From positions 186,001 through 250,000 of the forward strand of contig QPGO01000107.1 in the NCBI GenBank assembly GCA_008632985.1: 64,000 nucleotides of DNA, in the 5' to 3' direction. Each line of letters opens with the position of its first letter. Position 1 is the stretch's first letter. A program made the position numbers and the translations under genes. This DNA comes from Psammoneis japonica (taxonomy: Eukaryota). This document shows positions 27,501 to 39,701 of this stretch, one piece after another. The notes beneath the pieces are model-generated. The model had not been told where the DNA came from and made no database searches. It saw only the letters and a list, made by a program, of their open reading frames with translations.

Positions 27501-28080
27501 ATGTTGCCAAAGAATCCCAGAACGGGAATCTCCAACTCACATTGGATGAGCAAGACATTCTTGTGCTGACAGACAAATCAAGAGTCAGCTCTCCTGCCTG
27601 TGGCATGGACGAACAAGTGGCATGTGGTCCACTTGGAATGCTCAGTTTGAAGTGCTCAGTTTGAAGGATGGTGAGTGCAGCAAGGTCTGCTGTGGACCAC
27701 TTCAAGACAAGAACAAGGCAAGGTCCCATGCCATGTGGACCTGCCAGAACATGGGATTCTTTTTGATGGATCCCAAAGTGGTCAACAGTTGGATCATGGA
27801 CCGGTTGGACAGTTCACATGAAAGAGACCCAGTGGAACAGAATTGCTGTGCCCACATTGCCAAGTTCATTGAATGTTCTCAAGATGTTGCCAGTGCATTC
27901 AATGGCATGTTGGATTTTGCTGACAAAGGACATCATGCCTGCTAGAGGTGTGCCAAAGTGCAAGACAATGGTGATGACCAAGTGGATTGGGCCAGCAAGT
28001 TTGTTGTGGAGACTCATGATGGAATTGCTGCAGCACATGAGGAAAAAGCATCCTGAACATTGATTGCAGTGACAGGACTG

Positions 28081-28443
28081 TGTTAGAGCATCTAGATGAG
28101 TGGGAAATGCGAGAGACCCAAAAGTGCATCTGATGAAGTGAAGATGCTTTGGATCCTGCATGGTGGATTTGGTGACACCTGGAGAATGAATGTGCACTCA
28201 TCACCCATCTCATCAACTTTCTTTTTAGCTCACTCTTTGGAGTGAATCATCTGGTTCACACAAGTTGTGTCACGACACCAGTGTGCACCCTTTTGTTGCC
28301 TTTGCACCACAAGAACAAAGTTGTTGAGAGCTTCTTCCAGGCGGGCAAACCACAGCTGCCACAGCAACCAGGACAAGTGCAGCGAGTGGCACAGGAAGCC
28401 TCAGAGGATTCCCCTTTGGCAACATTGACTTGTTGGTTCAACA
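28081..28443 (+). repeat. 3' LTR of inner Copia
   Basis: Runs TGTTAG...TTCAACA and is followed by the TSD AATGG. Confidence 0.85.
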
Positions 28444-31400
28444 AATGGCTCCCTCTGTTGCCTCATTGCCAACATCTTTCAAATGGGCAGCATGCAAGCT
28501 GGTGCACTGTCCATTGTCAGAATGGTCAACCATGTTGTCAAATGACATCATGAACACATTTCACAAAACACTCCATGAGGTTGCAATGAAGTCTCTCTTT
28601 CTCAATTTCACTGTCCTGATCTTAAACCAGGTCCACAATCCAACCATTGACTGTCTTGGGAGTCAAATGAAAGAACTCCATGTTGTTGCAGAACCACCTG
28701 TGTGAGGCACTTGCATGGTCAATGTCATGGTGGGAGAATGATGCTTGCTTCCTTGCATCACACATGGTGCCATCTGAGTCCCTTGTGAGTCCACAACAGC
28801 TCCTCACAATGTCATGATTGGGGCTTTCAATGAGCTTTGTGAGGGGACTGCACACCCCATTGTTGTCCATGCCATGGGTGGGGAAACTGACACTTGACTC
28901 CTCCCACAAGTTGTGAATGTCTCTTTCTTGCTCAGAGCCAAACTCAAATTGCAGCCTGATGATCTAGCAACATGCACATTTCTGATGTGCCCACTCTCAC
29001 CAGTTTGTCTCAGACAACACAGTTTGCTTTGCCTTGAGGCCAAGCTTCCAACAACTTGCCAATGTCTCTTGGTCTTGAGTGCTTCACCAGCTCATCATTT
29101 GGTCTCACAGACACATGCTCCCTTCCAGTTGTTGTGGATGGAGAGCATCAGCACAGCAGCAGACACATGCTCACACACTTTGGGGCTCAACTGTGCCATC
29201 TCTTTTTGTGTTTCCTTCCTTCATCACCTTGCACCCACCCAGCTGCAGGTGCAGGCCTTGCCACACGCCCGATGACTCTGCCTTCCCCCCCAATTGGAAA
29301 GTGCCTCCATGTCTGGATCTTTTTTCAGATCTGTGGCATCTTGGCAGAGATGTGGATCAAGAGTCAGCATCTTTTTCCCACTCTCATGCCATTTTGTCAT
29401 CTCTTCCATTGCTCTGTCACAATCTTCATCCATGGCTTCTTGCTTTCTTGGCCCACTCAAACCTGCAAGTCTCTCTTGATGCACAAGCCAGCAGTTTGAC
29501 AGCCACTGCCATGTTGTCAAGTCATGTGGCACAACAAAATTCATCATCATCGTTGCAGCTTGTGGTTGATGGTTGTTTTGAAAAACAAGTTGTGGTTGGT
29601 TCTTGAACTGCGTGGTGATTCATGGCCCTTTCTGGGTTGCAGGGATCTTTCACCCACACGTGTGTCAGAATTCTTGTCTGACATCTCAAAAAGGAAACGC
29701 TCCTGTCATGCTTGAAGTTGACAGCCCACAATGGCTTGTTTGATCTTTCAAGACTTCTGACCTTGCAGAGGCTTTGTCATGAAGTCTTCAAGCACGTCAT
29801 TGGCAGGACAGCTCTGCACTCTGAGAGCACCCCCTTCTCAATCTGATTGGCAACAAAGAAGTGTTGAACATTGAGTGCTCTGGACCACTTGCCCACTCCT
29901 GTGCCCATTAAATTCCAACAGCATGGTGTGCTTTTGTTGTCCTGATGCAGGATGTTCTTGTTGATCAGATGCCCCTGATGCTCCATGAACAACTTCATCA
30001 TTCACAGAGTTGCGGTCATTGGATCACATCAACTCCTGCAAGTTCAGCCTCTGTGCTGCTTTGGGTGTTGAGCTTCTGCCATTTCAACATGGCCTGCACT
30101 GCTCCATCACCCACGGTCACAATTCCTCCCATGTGGCTCTTAAAACTGAGGTGCACAGCAAATGATGCATTCACATGCCACTTGACAACTTGGAGGTCCT
30201 TCACGTTCAAAGCAGCAACTTTGTCTTGCACCCAGTTCAAGTGCTCAGACAATGGGCTGGCTTTCCTCAGTCCTTTTTGGCGGGCTCTCTGACTCATGTG
30301 CACAGTGCTGCCTTGCAACAGTGCGGCAGCCTCTTTTTGATGCAAACAGCCCCCCTTGGCACCCACACATGGAATGTCTGTGCTTTCTTGGTCAGCAATC
30401 CAGTGCTGCCAGTGTCAAATGTGTTCTCTCCAGCTGATGTCATGGCACCATCTGCACTTTTGATCTTTTCCAGGAACTGATTGATCATCTTGTGAGCTCA
30501 GTCAGTCACGTCAACCTTCACCCATTTTGGGACTGAAGTCCAGGGTCATGTGCTGTCAATGCCATGTGCACCCACAGTTTTCACTGGGTCATTCTCAACA
30601 TGAGAAAGCACAAATTCTCCAAACCTGAGCTGAAAGTGTTTGTCACAATCAAGGTTCCTTTGTTGCACAATGGTGTGTGGACTGCAATTGTCAGAAATCT
30701 CCTCTTTCTGTGAGCACCCATTCAACATGACAGTGTTTTTTTGCACTGTCTTTTGCATGCAGCAGCTCAACACCACATGCTTTCACAATGTCAACACAGA
30801 GGATCATTGCTTCTCTCTGCTCTTGTGTGTCTCAGAGGTGGTGTGGCCACAATGTCATTTCTCTCATGGAACAGTGTGCACACTTGGTCTTGCTTTTTAA
30901 TGCATCTGTCAGCAGACCCCAAATGTCCACCCTCCTTTCCATGCATTCAGGTTCAATGGACAAATTCTTGTTCACCTGGTTTGAATGTAAAAACAGCTTG
31001 AAATCCCTCACATGGGGCAACCCAGCCTTGCAGCACAGTCTGAGTGCTTGCTCAGCACTCGCCACCTCTCTTGGCGCAGCCTGTGGAGCTCTGTTCCACT
31101 GTTTGAACTGCAGCCAGAGATGCACTCCTGTGCTTCTTGCTTTGTCCAGGGTCTTTGGACAGGGTGTCCTTGCCCAGGCTCCAGGCTCCCACAAAAAACT
31201 CTTCTTTGAGCTCTTGAGGCAACAATTGTTGTTGTTCTCCATGAACAGAAATGTTGTTCATGAGTCAATTGCCACCTCTTGCAGCTCATTTTGAGCTGTT
31301 GCAATGCCTTCCTTGCACTCCTTTGCATTGGATGTAAATCCATCCAGCACTCTGTCTCCCAGACCTTTGCTTGCAGAGTGTCTTGTTGATTCTTGAATCT

Positions 31401-34099
31401 TGACAGACAGTCATTCAGCAACTTGTTCTCTTGCTGCTTCACTTCCAGCATGTTCTTCAGGGACTTGGCAAGTGCATGGAATGGATGCCACCCTCTCATT
31501 GAGTCAAATGCAAGGGATTGGATCAGCTTCAGGGACTTGGTCGGATCATTCCTGACACTTCTTGGGCAACTGGGATCACCTTGCACTTTCTGCCTCATTG
31601 GTTTGGCACAGCAGTCATCTGGGATCTTGGCAAATGCAGCAGTCTTGTTCTCTTCAAGCTTCTTCACCTTTTCATTGTGATCATGTGGCTTGGCCTTGCA
31701 CTGGTGCTCCAGGTCTTTTTCTTCTTGTTGCTTCTCTGTCAGCTTGGTTTGGAAGCCAGCATCTGACTTGTGGTTTTGCCATCATGGACAAACCCAATGT
31801 GGGTTTCTCAGAACCAAAGATCTTGCATTTCTCATGTCTTCCAATGATCTCTCCAAATGCATGCCTTGCTCACATTCCTTCTGCATGCAACAGATGATCT
31901 TTTCCTTGGCATCTTTGAATGTTGTGTTGTGAGCATTGCTGTTCAGTGATGAAGGATGGAACTTCATCTCAGGCTGAAAGCTCTTCTTCTGGCTGATCTT
32001 CTTCTTGCTTGTTGCAGGAAGACTTGTGACCTTTGTGACTTCTGCCTTGGTTGTGACCTCAGCCTCTGCCACTTGTTCCACCTCCTCCTCTGCACAATGA
32101 ACACAGTGCCAGTGACTTTTTGGAGTCAATTCAACATCGTTGAATCCAACAAGGCTTTCTGTGCTGTTCATTGCATTTGCCCTGGTTCCTTGTCATGGTG
32201 CCTGTGGGTTGCTTAGAAGTGGTGTCCACACAAACTTCAAACTTGCAACACAACAGGCACCTGGCGACACCAAATGCAAAATCATGCAGTCCAAATGATT
32301 CCCTCCAAAGAGTCGGACAAACTGAAAGGGGAGAGAGATCAGTGACCATGAGATCTTGATCACAAAGAGTCACCAAATCTGCCACACTAAAAGCAATGGC
32401 ATCTTTTCTTCAATGCACCTGGGTTTCTTGTGTTTCCTGTGATCTGTGTTCCATCATGAGATTGCAAACACACAGAAATCAACTGAGAAATGTTGTGCCA
32501 TGAGCCTTGTTGACACCAGCTGAAAGTGAGGAGGAGAGCAAGCTGTGGACTCCTGCACCATCTTTGTCAAAGTGCTGTGCCTGGTGAGGTTCCCTTGGCC
32601 ACACCTTCAAATGAATCAAGTTGGCATCCAAGCACACAGCCATTTGCTTTGTCTTGGAATGGCGCTCTGAGTGCAGCTCCTGGCAGTTTGAATGAGCTCT
32701 GTTCTGCAATTTCTTGAATGAGCTCTGTTCTGCAATGTCTTCAAGAAAGCAACACAACAACGAGCCACCCTGTTGGTGGCACAGAAGCAAAGGCATGCAT
32801 GGCATCATCCACATGGCTCAACAAAACAATGGGTGTGCAATGTTTCTACAGACCACTGCAGTGTCATGTCAGCTGAGATGGCAAACAGAAATGGATGTTG
32901 TGCCACGAGCCTTGACACCAACTCAAAGTGAGAAGGAGAGCAAGCTGCAGACTGCTGCACCATCCTTGTCAGAGTGTGCCTGGCACATGGTTCCCTTGAC
33001 CACACCTTCCAATGAATCAAGTTGGCATCCCAACACACAGCCATTGGCTTCATTTCCAGCATCAATGGAGGATTGTCATTGAGAGGCACACAAAAATCTG
33101 AGTGCAGCTCCTTCATGTGGGTCATGTGCCCAAAAACAAAATTCCAAATTTTCTCAAGTCAAAACTGTTCAGAATTTCATGAAAATCAATGCAAACCATG
33201 ACTTGCTCCTTTCTCTCCTTTGTGCAATGATCATGCCATGACACACCACTCTTCTCCTCCCATGTTCGCATTGGAGATTCGTGCAAGGAAGGCTGCTTGT
33301 GTGACCACTGGCATTTTTGTTGTTTTGCTGTGTGCTTTCAACCACTGGTTGCATGTGTTCCCCCCATTTTCTCACTTTTCTTGCTGTTGATGTGCTGTCC
33401 TCATTTGATGTTCAACAAGGCATCCCACAGGGACAATGCTGCACTTTACAGTCAATCTTGTGCCACAAAGGCAAGGTCTCTCTGTGTCATTTCATTCTCC
33501 TCACAGTGCAACTTGGATGCCGCCGTTGGAACTCTGCAATGACAAAGGCTGGCTGTGCTGGCAAGAGGAGCTCAGACACCAGTCCTCTGGAGAATGAGCC
33601 TGTCTGCTGCTCATGTGTTCAGCATGTGGAGCAATTTGTGCCACCTTCCCATGGTTTGGCTCCTTTTTTTGGTGGTTGATCTTTTGTTGGCAGTGGCTCT
33701 TTTTTGGGTGGTGTTGGTTCCTGTCAGCTGGGGAATCAGAATGCAATGCATCAAGGTGCTGCACCATTGCAGGCTGGCCCTGTCACAACACTGCACCTGT
33801 CTTTTGCAACCATCATGGTGGGGTTGTTGGCTTTGGTGGCACTCCCTGTTGTGGGCGGCACTTGTGGGGTTCCTGCATTGAGCGAGTGGTGTTCCTGGTG
33901 TTGTTTTTGGCATGGCTGCTTCAAAAGGTTGTTCCAACTGTGTTGGAGGTTTTTCCCAGGGTGACAACACTGCTTGCTTTGGTGGTGGTGGGTCCAAACT
34001 TGGTGATGCTGTTGATTCAGACCATGGTGGTGCCTCTGTTGGATTGGCCACAAGCACCGACAACTTTGCAATGTCTCACATGCAGTTGATGGACCAGAT

Positions 34100-35110
34100 G
34101 ATCTCTTTTCTTTTGTCAATGTCACTGAACTGGATGGCTTGGAGAATGTCAGCTGTTCTGGTTTGAGGGTTGCATGCACTGACCCTCTGCCTTTTCCAAT
34201 GGAAGACATCTCTTCACTGTCTGATTGCAAGGTGACTTGCTTTGGCCACACTTCCAGCAATGCGCAACAAAACAGCTGTGCCAAAGGAGCACATCAGCAC
34301 CTTCACCCGGTCCCTGCACAAAACCTTTGGTCCACATTTGGTCAGCAAACAAAATGTGGAGACTTTTGAACAGCCATTTTTTGTCCACAATTTCCTCCAT
34401 GGACTCAAAACCATGAAGCAATGAATGCTTGAAGTCCTCCTCAAGGCAAGCAAACACACTCAGCAATGGCGCGTGACCTCATCTCTCTGCATCTTTGTGG
34501 CGGGGCCAATGTGTGGCCAACTGGCCTTGTTGCACTGTTGTTTCTGTGCATCATGATGAACAACATCTCTGCATTGCTGAAGGTCTTGGTGCATCTCCAG
34601 CATCATGTGCAACAAAGCCTCCAGCTGACCAGTGTTGTTGCCCCGCTTTTCAGACAGAAATCAAACCGTTGGTTGCCCTCTTTCATCAACTCAAGAAAAT
34701 GAATTGCATCCCAAGTTGACAAGTCTGACTGCATGACCTGGTGAAGCATCTTGGACAAGTTCTTTCTTGTGATGGCAGAGTCGCCAAAGATGGGCTGATC
34801 CGCTGTGTTCTTGCAGCACCTCTTTGCCAGCTCCTGCTGGGCAAACCCAGCGGCGATGTGGCACTGAGTCTCGTCTGTGTTGACAAGCCAAACCTGGACA
34901 TGATGCTTGAAATTCTTGATGAAATTAGCATCCATGTCAGTGCACACTGGCGTGCACATCTGAGGCAAAGGTTGGCGATCCTTTGGCTCGACAGGTGGGT
35001 TCTTCCATTCTCCATTGTGGCGACAGCGGATTCTGTGGACAAGCAAGACTGGGTGGCACTGATGTCATCAATGAAGACTTCATTGCAAGGGGTGGTGCTG
35101 CTGGACATCA
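34100..35110 (-). pseudogene. Degenerate ORF, possibly a MULE-type transposase fragment
   Basis: Protein-like frames (LSTWDAIHFLELMKEGNQRFDFCLK; ECVCLLEED) loosely resemble the region before the MULE DDE domain. Catalytic residues are not securely identified. Confidence 0.3.
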
Positions 35111-35171
35111 TGAAGGGGGAATTAAAACAACAACAACAGCAGATGATGGTTCTTGTTGGATTGGAGTGCTG

Positions 35172-35538
35172 TGCAGTATGCGACTGTTATATGCATATCC
35201 ATAATTATATATTATTAATATGTCAATCGTACCACAGTCGTGGATGCGTACAAAGGACAGAACGATCACACAGAGTTGATCGGATGTCGAAAATTGTAAA
35301 TACGATCGATTGACGATGTTGACATCTTACGTGTCAACAGCAATCGTATCCGGACAATCTGTTGTCACGAATATATTCTCCGAAAGGCCTTTTGTCTGTA
35401 GAAGCAGTACAAAAGCTTTAGGCCATTGAGAAATCGTTCGGAGAAACCAAAAATCACAGAACAAAATTTGATCTTATAATTTTCACTTTTCGAACTTCGT
35501 TCTACTTTCGTTTACACTCGTTCTTCGAGCATAGTGCA
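35172..35538 (+). repeat. 5' LTR of Gypsy (TpA-rich copy)
   Basis: TGCAGTATGC...GCATAGTGCA near-inverted termini; ungapped match to 42881-43247. Confidence 0.95.
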
Positions 35539-38500
35539 TTGTGTATACACACCACAGAAGGTAAAAAGCACGGAAAATGAAAATTTTAACTAATGTGCCT
35601 TTGTAAATTCTTCTATAAACAGGGACGAATCGCATCAGTTCTGCTAGAAACGATTTCCGAGCGGAAGAAGCTCAATCCGAGCAGTACCTCAAGATGGAAC
35701 GCTGTTTTTCGTCTAGCAAATGACAAGATTCGTTCTAATACGATCCATTCCAAGTGTCTCAGGACCAAGGACTCTACAAGAGCACAGCATTATCGAAATA
35801 TCCACACCAAGTCATGGTTGGGTAGAATTTCAAGTCTTGAGTCGATCAGGTCCGAGAAATACGTCTGGTGTACAAGGAGAGACTATTGGAGAGTTTTTAG
35901 AGACCGAATCGACGAGCCTCGAGTCCAAAAGCAAGATGGAACCGTTGGAAAGTACCTCAAGAGTCTCTTATCTCATGTCTTTCCAAGAATTGCACTTCAG
36001 AATCAGAGTTATTATTTTCAAGACGATCTGAAGAAACCAGAGCTGCTTAACAGCAAGGAAGCCTCTGTTAGACCCAAGAGGTCAATGAAGAGAGTCTATA
36101 CGACCCTTCAATGGATTCTAAGTTGAATCTAGCGGGAAACCGAGTCGTGAGCTATTAGCTATCACTCGCACCGCAAGGATGGCAGCATCAGTCTACTGTC
36201 CAAAACAATCAACTATTGCAACTCATCCTTGATGAGCTGATTAAGTTTTGAGTTATCTAAAGGTCGTTCATGACGTCCGTGATGAAAAAACATATCAACT
36301 CAGGCTCTGATAGCGCAGTTGGTTCCGAAATAAAAAAGGTTCCAAATTTGGTTCCAAAAATGGTCTCCTATATGGTGCCAGAACAATCCAAAGTGAATGC
36401 AAGGTCTAATCTTTGAAAAAAGAATACCTGCATCACGGATTCAAGCTATTCTGAAAATGAACTAGTGAAAGAATGCCGTGGACACATTTAGCGTGATCCG
36501 AAACGGCGCCGTTCAAATGGCAATCGCACGTGGAGTCGCGATAACGAAAATGCCACTCGCAAAAAAAGAGTTGAACGTCATGATTGATCAGGCGGTTCAA
36601 AAAACACTCAAAGCGAGTTCCTCGAACAAAGAAAAAGAGCATAAGGGCAAAGAATTGGATTCTGATACCCTCAGTGAAGAAAATTACCAATTTGATCGGA
36701 TGATCCAGAGTGAATCCGAAGAACAATTTTGGTCCATTCACGAATTATATGCTTTACTGGACATTAGGAAGCCTAGAAAAAAGGCAGAAATAATTCATGC
36801 TAGTCCAGGAGTCATCATTCATATGAACACTTCCTTGGGAAAGGAGAGAAAAAAGCATCTACGTGTTCCTATCGATAACGGAACATCGTCACCATAATTT
36901 TGCGCAAATTCGTGCGAAAGTTGAGAACACAAGAATCCGCCACCAAAAACTTGGGAAACCAAGGGTGAGCTCTTTACGACTGATAGTAAACACCGAATTC
37001 AGTTTCTCACTATGCCAATTTAAAAGACATGCTATATTTTAACACAGTATATGTTGATAACACGAAATCTTCTTCAAGTTCATATGATGTGATCATGGGA
37101 CGCGACTTAATGTCCAGTCTTGTAATCACATTAGACTACGGAAATGAAGAAGTCAAATGGGAAGAAGCAATTACCCTATGAAGAATGTTCATACACTCTT
37201 CGATGCCGATGTTTTCAAGCTGAAAACCATCACATTGAAAAATGTGACGCCGTGAATAGAGTTAACAACGGAACCAATGGTCCTTGACTCACATTATCAC
37301 GCCATCGATCCTAATCAAGTGACAACTACGGCGATGCATCTGACCCAAATGAACACAACCAACTCAATCTTCTTCTTAAGAGGCCGAAATCTTTTTGAAA
37401 AGTTCCTCAGACGAATGTGTGGGAAGAACCAGTGGATCTCATCGTGGAAAATCTGACGCGATTCCACGATGCGTGAGAACCTTCTCCCATCACAGTCTTT
37501 GGAGGTGTCCAATCAAAAGGAGTTTGACCCATCATGAAAGATTGAAGTCTTAAAAATGAAATTGCTCTGAATCAGTCGCTCTGAGACTCATTGTCCAAAG
37601 AAAACAGGTCGAGTTTGACCGCACCCGACACTCAGAAGCTCAGCAAAAGGTTCACACACGTGGTGCATCCTTTACCCAATGTTCAGGAAATGCCATTGAA
37701 GCAAGAAAATTTCATGTGTGCAATCTATTTGACTCAAATGTGGAATGCCACCATGTCAAATGAAAAAAGCACACGTCGTGCTCACACGAAAATCATGCCG
37801 TGGGGAAAAAATGAGCACCACAGACTTCCAACGAGAAGCCACAGAGCCCCAGATGTTTTTGTGCAACACATGAGTGAAGTCATGGCAGGTTTGAAGTTGT
37901 CAGAACGACCACAAATGATTGTTCATGCCTGACAAAAAGTGACTTCAAAATGTCACCTGCACAAGTGACAGCTCAACACGGCATTCAAACGACTGGAACA
38001 GTCGCTTAGAAGGTCAACAACAAAAGTCCTTCACTGTTTGACTTGAAATGAACTGTCAAGACTTCCATGCGCAACGACATGCAATCGATTGCAAAGAAAA
38101 TGGAGGCGATTCAAGCAATCGCAACATGAGAAAAACGCAAAAAACACTGCGACATCTCGTCGTCACACGTTGCTGCTGTCGAGACATGTAGTCTCAACGA
38201 TCTCCTGTGCAATGCTGGGCAAATTCACCTCAACAAAGGTCAAACGGCAAAAGTGCAAGTACGGAATGAAAAGTCTCCGAAAATGTGGAGCGCATCAAAT
38301 CAAAAACTGTGTTGTCATCACACACGCATTTCAATGTCACACGTTGCAACAGAAAAAAGAACTTCTGTCCACAGTGAAAACACTTGTAAACTTCCGAAAC
38401 ACACTGTTTGGCCAACAGATTTGCATGTGTGCGGATCACAAGACACAACGGACAAAGTCACACGTTGGCGACTTACAACAGAAAACTTCAGTCCCGAATT

Positions 38501-39701
38501 AAAATGCAGCGAGGGCAAGGCGAACATCGTCGCGACAGACGCGATCAGCCGACTTACCACAGAAAATTGAATCCTGCGACAATGTCCTGCCGTTAAAACG
38601 GGGTGAAGACATTCCCTCCAAATTGTCAGACGCGACACATCATACGAACACTTTTCGTGGAGGCGAGCAAGATCGAAAAATGCTCATGTCACAAGGACAA
38701 AATCGCCTCATTTTAAAGGACAGTTAGAAAAAAAACTCTGTGATAGATTGGCACACGGTGTTACAGTGTCCACTTCACACTGGCAAAAGACAATCTCACA
38801 ACACCCGCACGGTTGCATTGTACAATGTGCGAGGCAAGACATTAAAATGTGCATCATGTCGACATACGAGATGTGCCAAAGATCTAGAAAAAGAAAAGAA
38901 AAATGGACATTTGTCCACTCAGTGCACGAAACCAGTGCCTTCGGAATGACAAAACAACACCGGCATGTCAGAAAGAAACGTCCAAATGATGATTAAAATC
39001 CAACTGACAGATGGTTGAAGCACAAAAAAAAATCCACAATGGAATTCATGACCATCACAGGATTGATTGTCAAGACGAAATGGTCACAACATCTTTGACC
39101 ATCGCCAATTGTTGCTTGTGAAACGTGGCAGTGCAGCAGAGCAACATGGCACACAGCAAGCCCGCCAAACTGCACGAAATCCACAAGCAAGCAAGTGAAC
39201 GCCAATTGAGTGCGCACATCAAGCACTGGGCAAAATGCCATGTACAATCGACACCATGAAAGAACAGCAGGACAATTGGTCCTTGTGTCCACATGAACAA
39301 AATGATGTCAGAGAGAATGCTGACACAATGCCACAGCACACTGTGTGAGACTGACTAAATAGAAAGGTCACCATTTGCCAATTTTGGGCCAAAAATTGAG
39401 TTTTTTGCTTTTGGCATTAGTGAAAACTAGAGCAAAAATGCTTTCAAACGATGTGTCGGTCATTTTGTGGGTCCGATTTCTTGAAAAATGGCACCAATCT
39501 TGGGGTTTCCATGGGATCGCATGCCGGACGCACGCACTCTTCAAAATGCACGTAAATTGCATGCCACGCACTTTGTCAGCCACGTAAGAAGCTGCTGTTG
39601 TTGCCGCTGGTGCACTTTTGGCAGCCATTTTTATTTTTTTCAGAAAATGGAACAGCACACCATTTTCCCGCAGCAGCAACTGTCTTTCGTCCACAATCGC
39701 A

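Larger units (their letters stand above)
21154..28443 (+). mobile_element. Near full-length Ty1/Copia (diatom CoDi-like) retrotransposon relic nested in the 3' region of the outer Copia
   Basis: LTRs at 21154-21515 and 28081-28443, with a perfect 5-bp TSD AATGG (21149-21153, 28444-28448). Domain order: gag Zn-knuckle (CGEPNHNSSDC), protease (ILDNGS), integrase (EVEQSIQTIKEQTR), RT (NVPGAFVQT, GFEFNPCNPCIA, FHKDD), RNase H (WHVDTSFAVHPCFKSHTRG, DFMTKP). Many stops. Confidence 0.9.
20749..32456 (-). mobile_element. Outer Ty1/Copia element (internally deleted); 5' LTR ~32456-32138, 3' LTR 21090-20749
   Basis: Two related LTR copies. PPT-like CAGGAGTG precedes TGTTGG at 21090. TSD TGAGG (20744-20748) / TGAGA (32457-32461). 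Minus strand carries gag (31.0-32.1 kb), an integrase fragment and RNase H (WHVNASFAVHLSFKSHMGG, QKLNTQSSTEAELAGVD, QDNKS). Confidence 0.75.
20430..33110 (+). repeat. ~400-bp tandem unit (3 partial copies) interrupted by the nested Copia pair
   Basis: AATCAAGTTGGCATCC recurs at ~20456, ~32614 and ~33015. The unit broken at 20748 resumes at 32457 and matches the uninterrupted copy at ~32870 (AGCTGAGATGGCAAAC). Confidence 0.65.

Noticed and set aside
8598..35110. Hundreds of short Cys/His-rich ORFs on all six frames
   Set aside because: An artefact of TpA loss (few TAA/TAG stops, excess TGY/CAY codons) in TE relics, not a family of metal-binding peptides.
35172..35538. Classical RIP (CA->TA) acting on the 5' LTR
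   Set aside because: The LTR pair alone is ambiguous, but Tyr->His/Cys changes in conserved motifs and block-wide TpA loss show TA is ancestral. Final polarisation still needs the family consensus.
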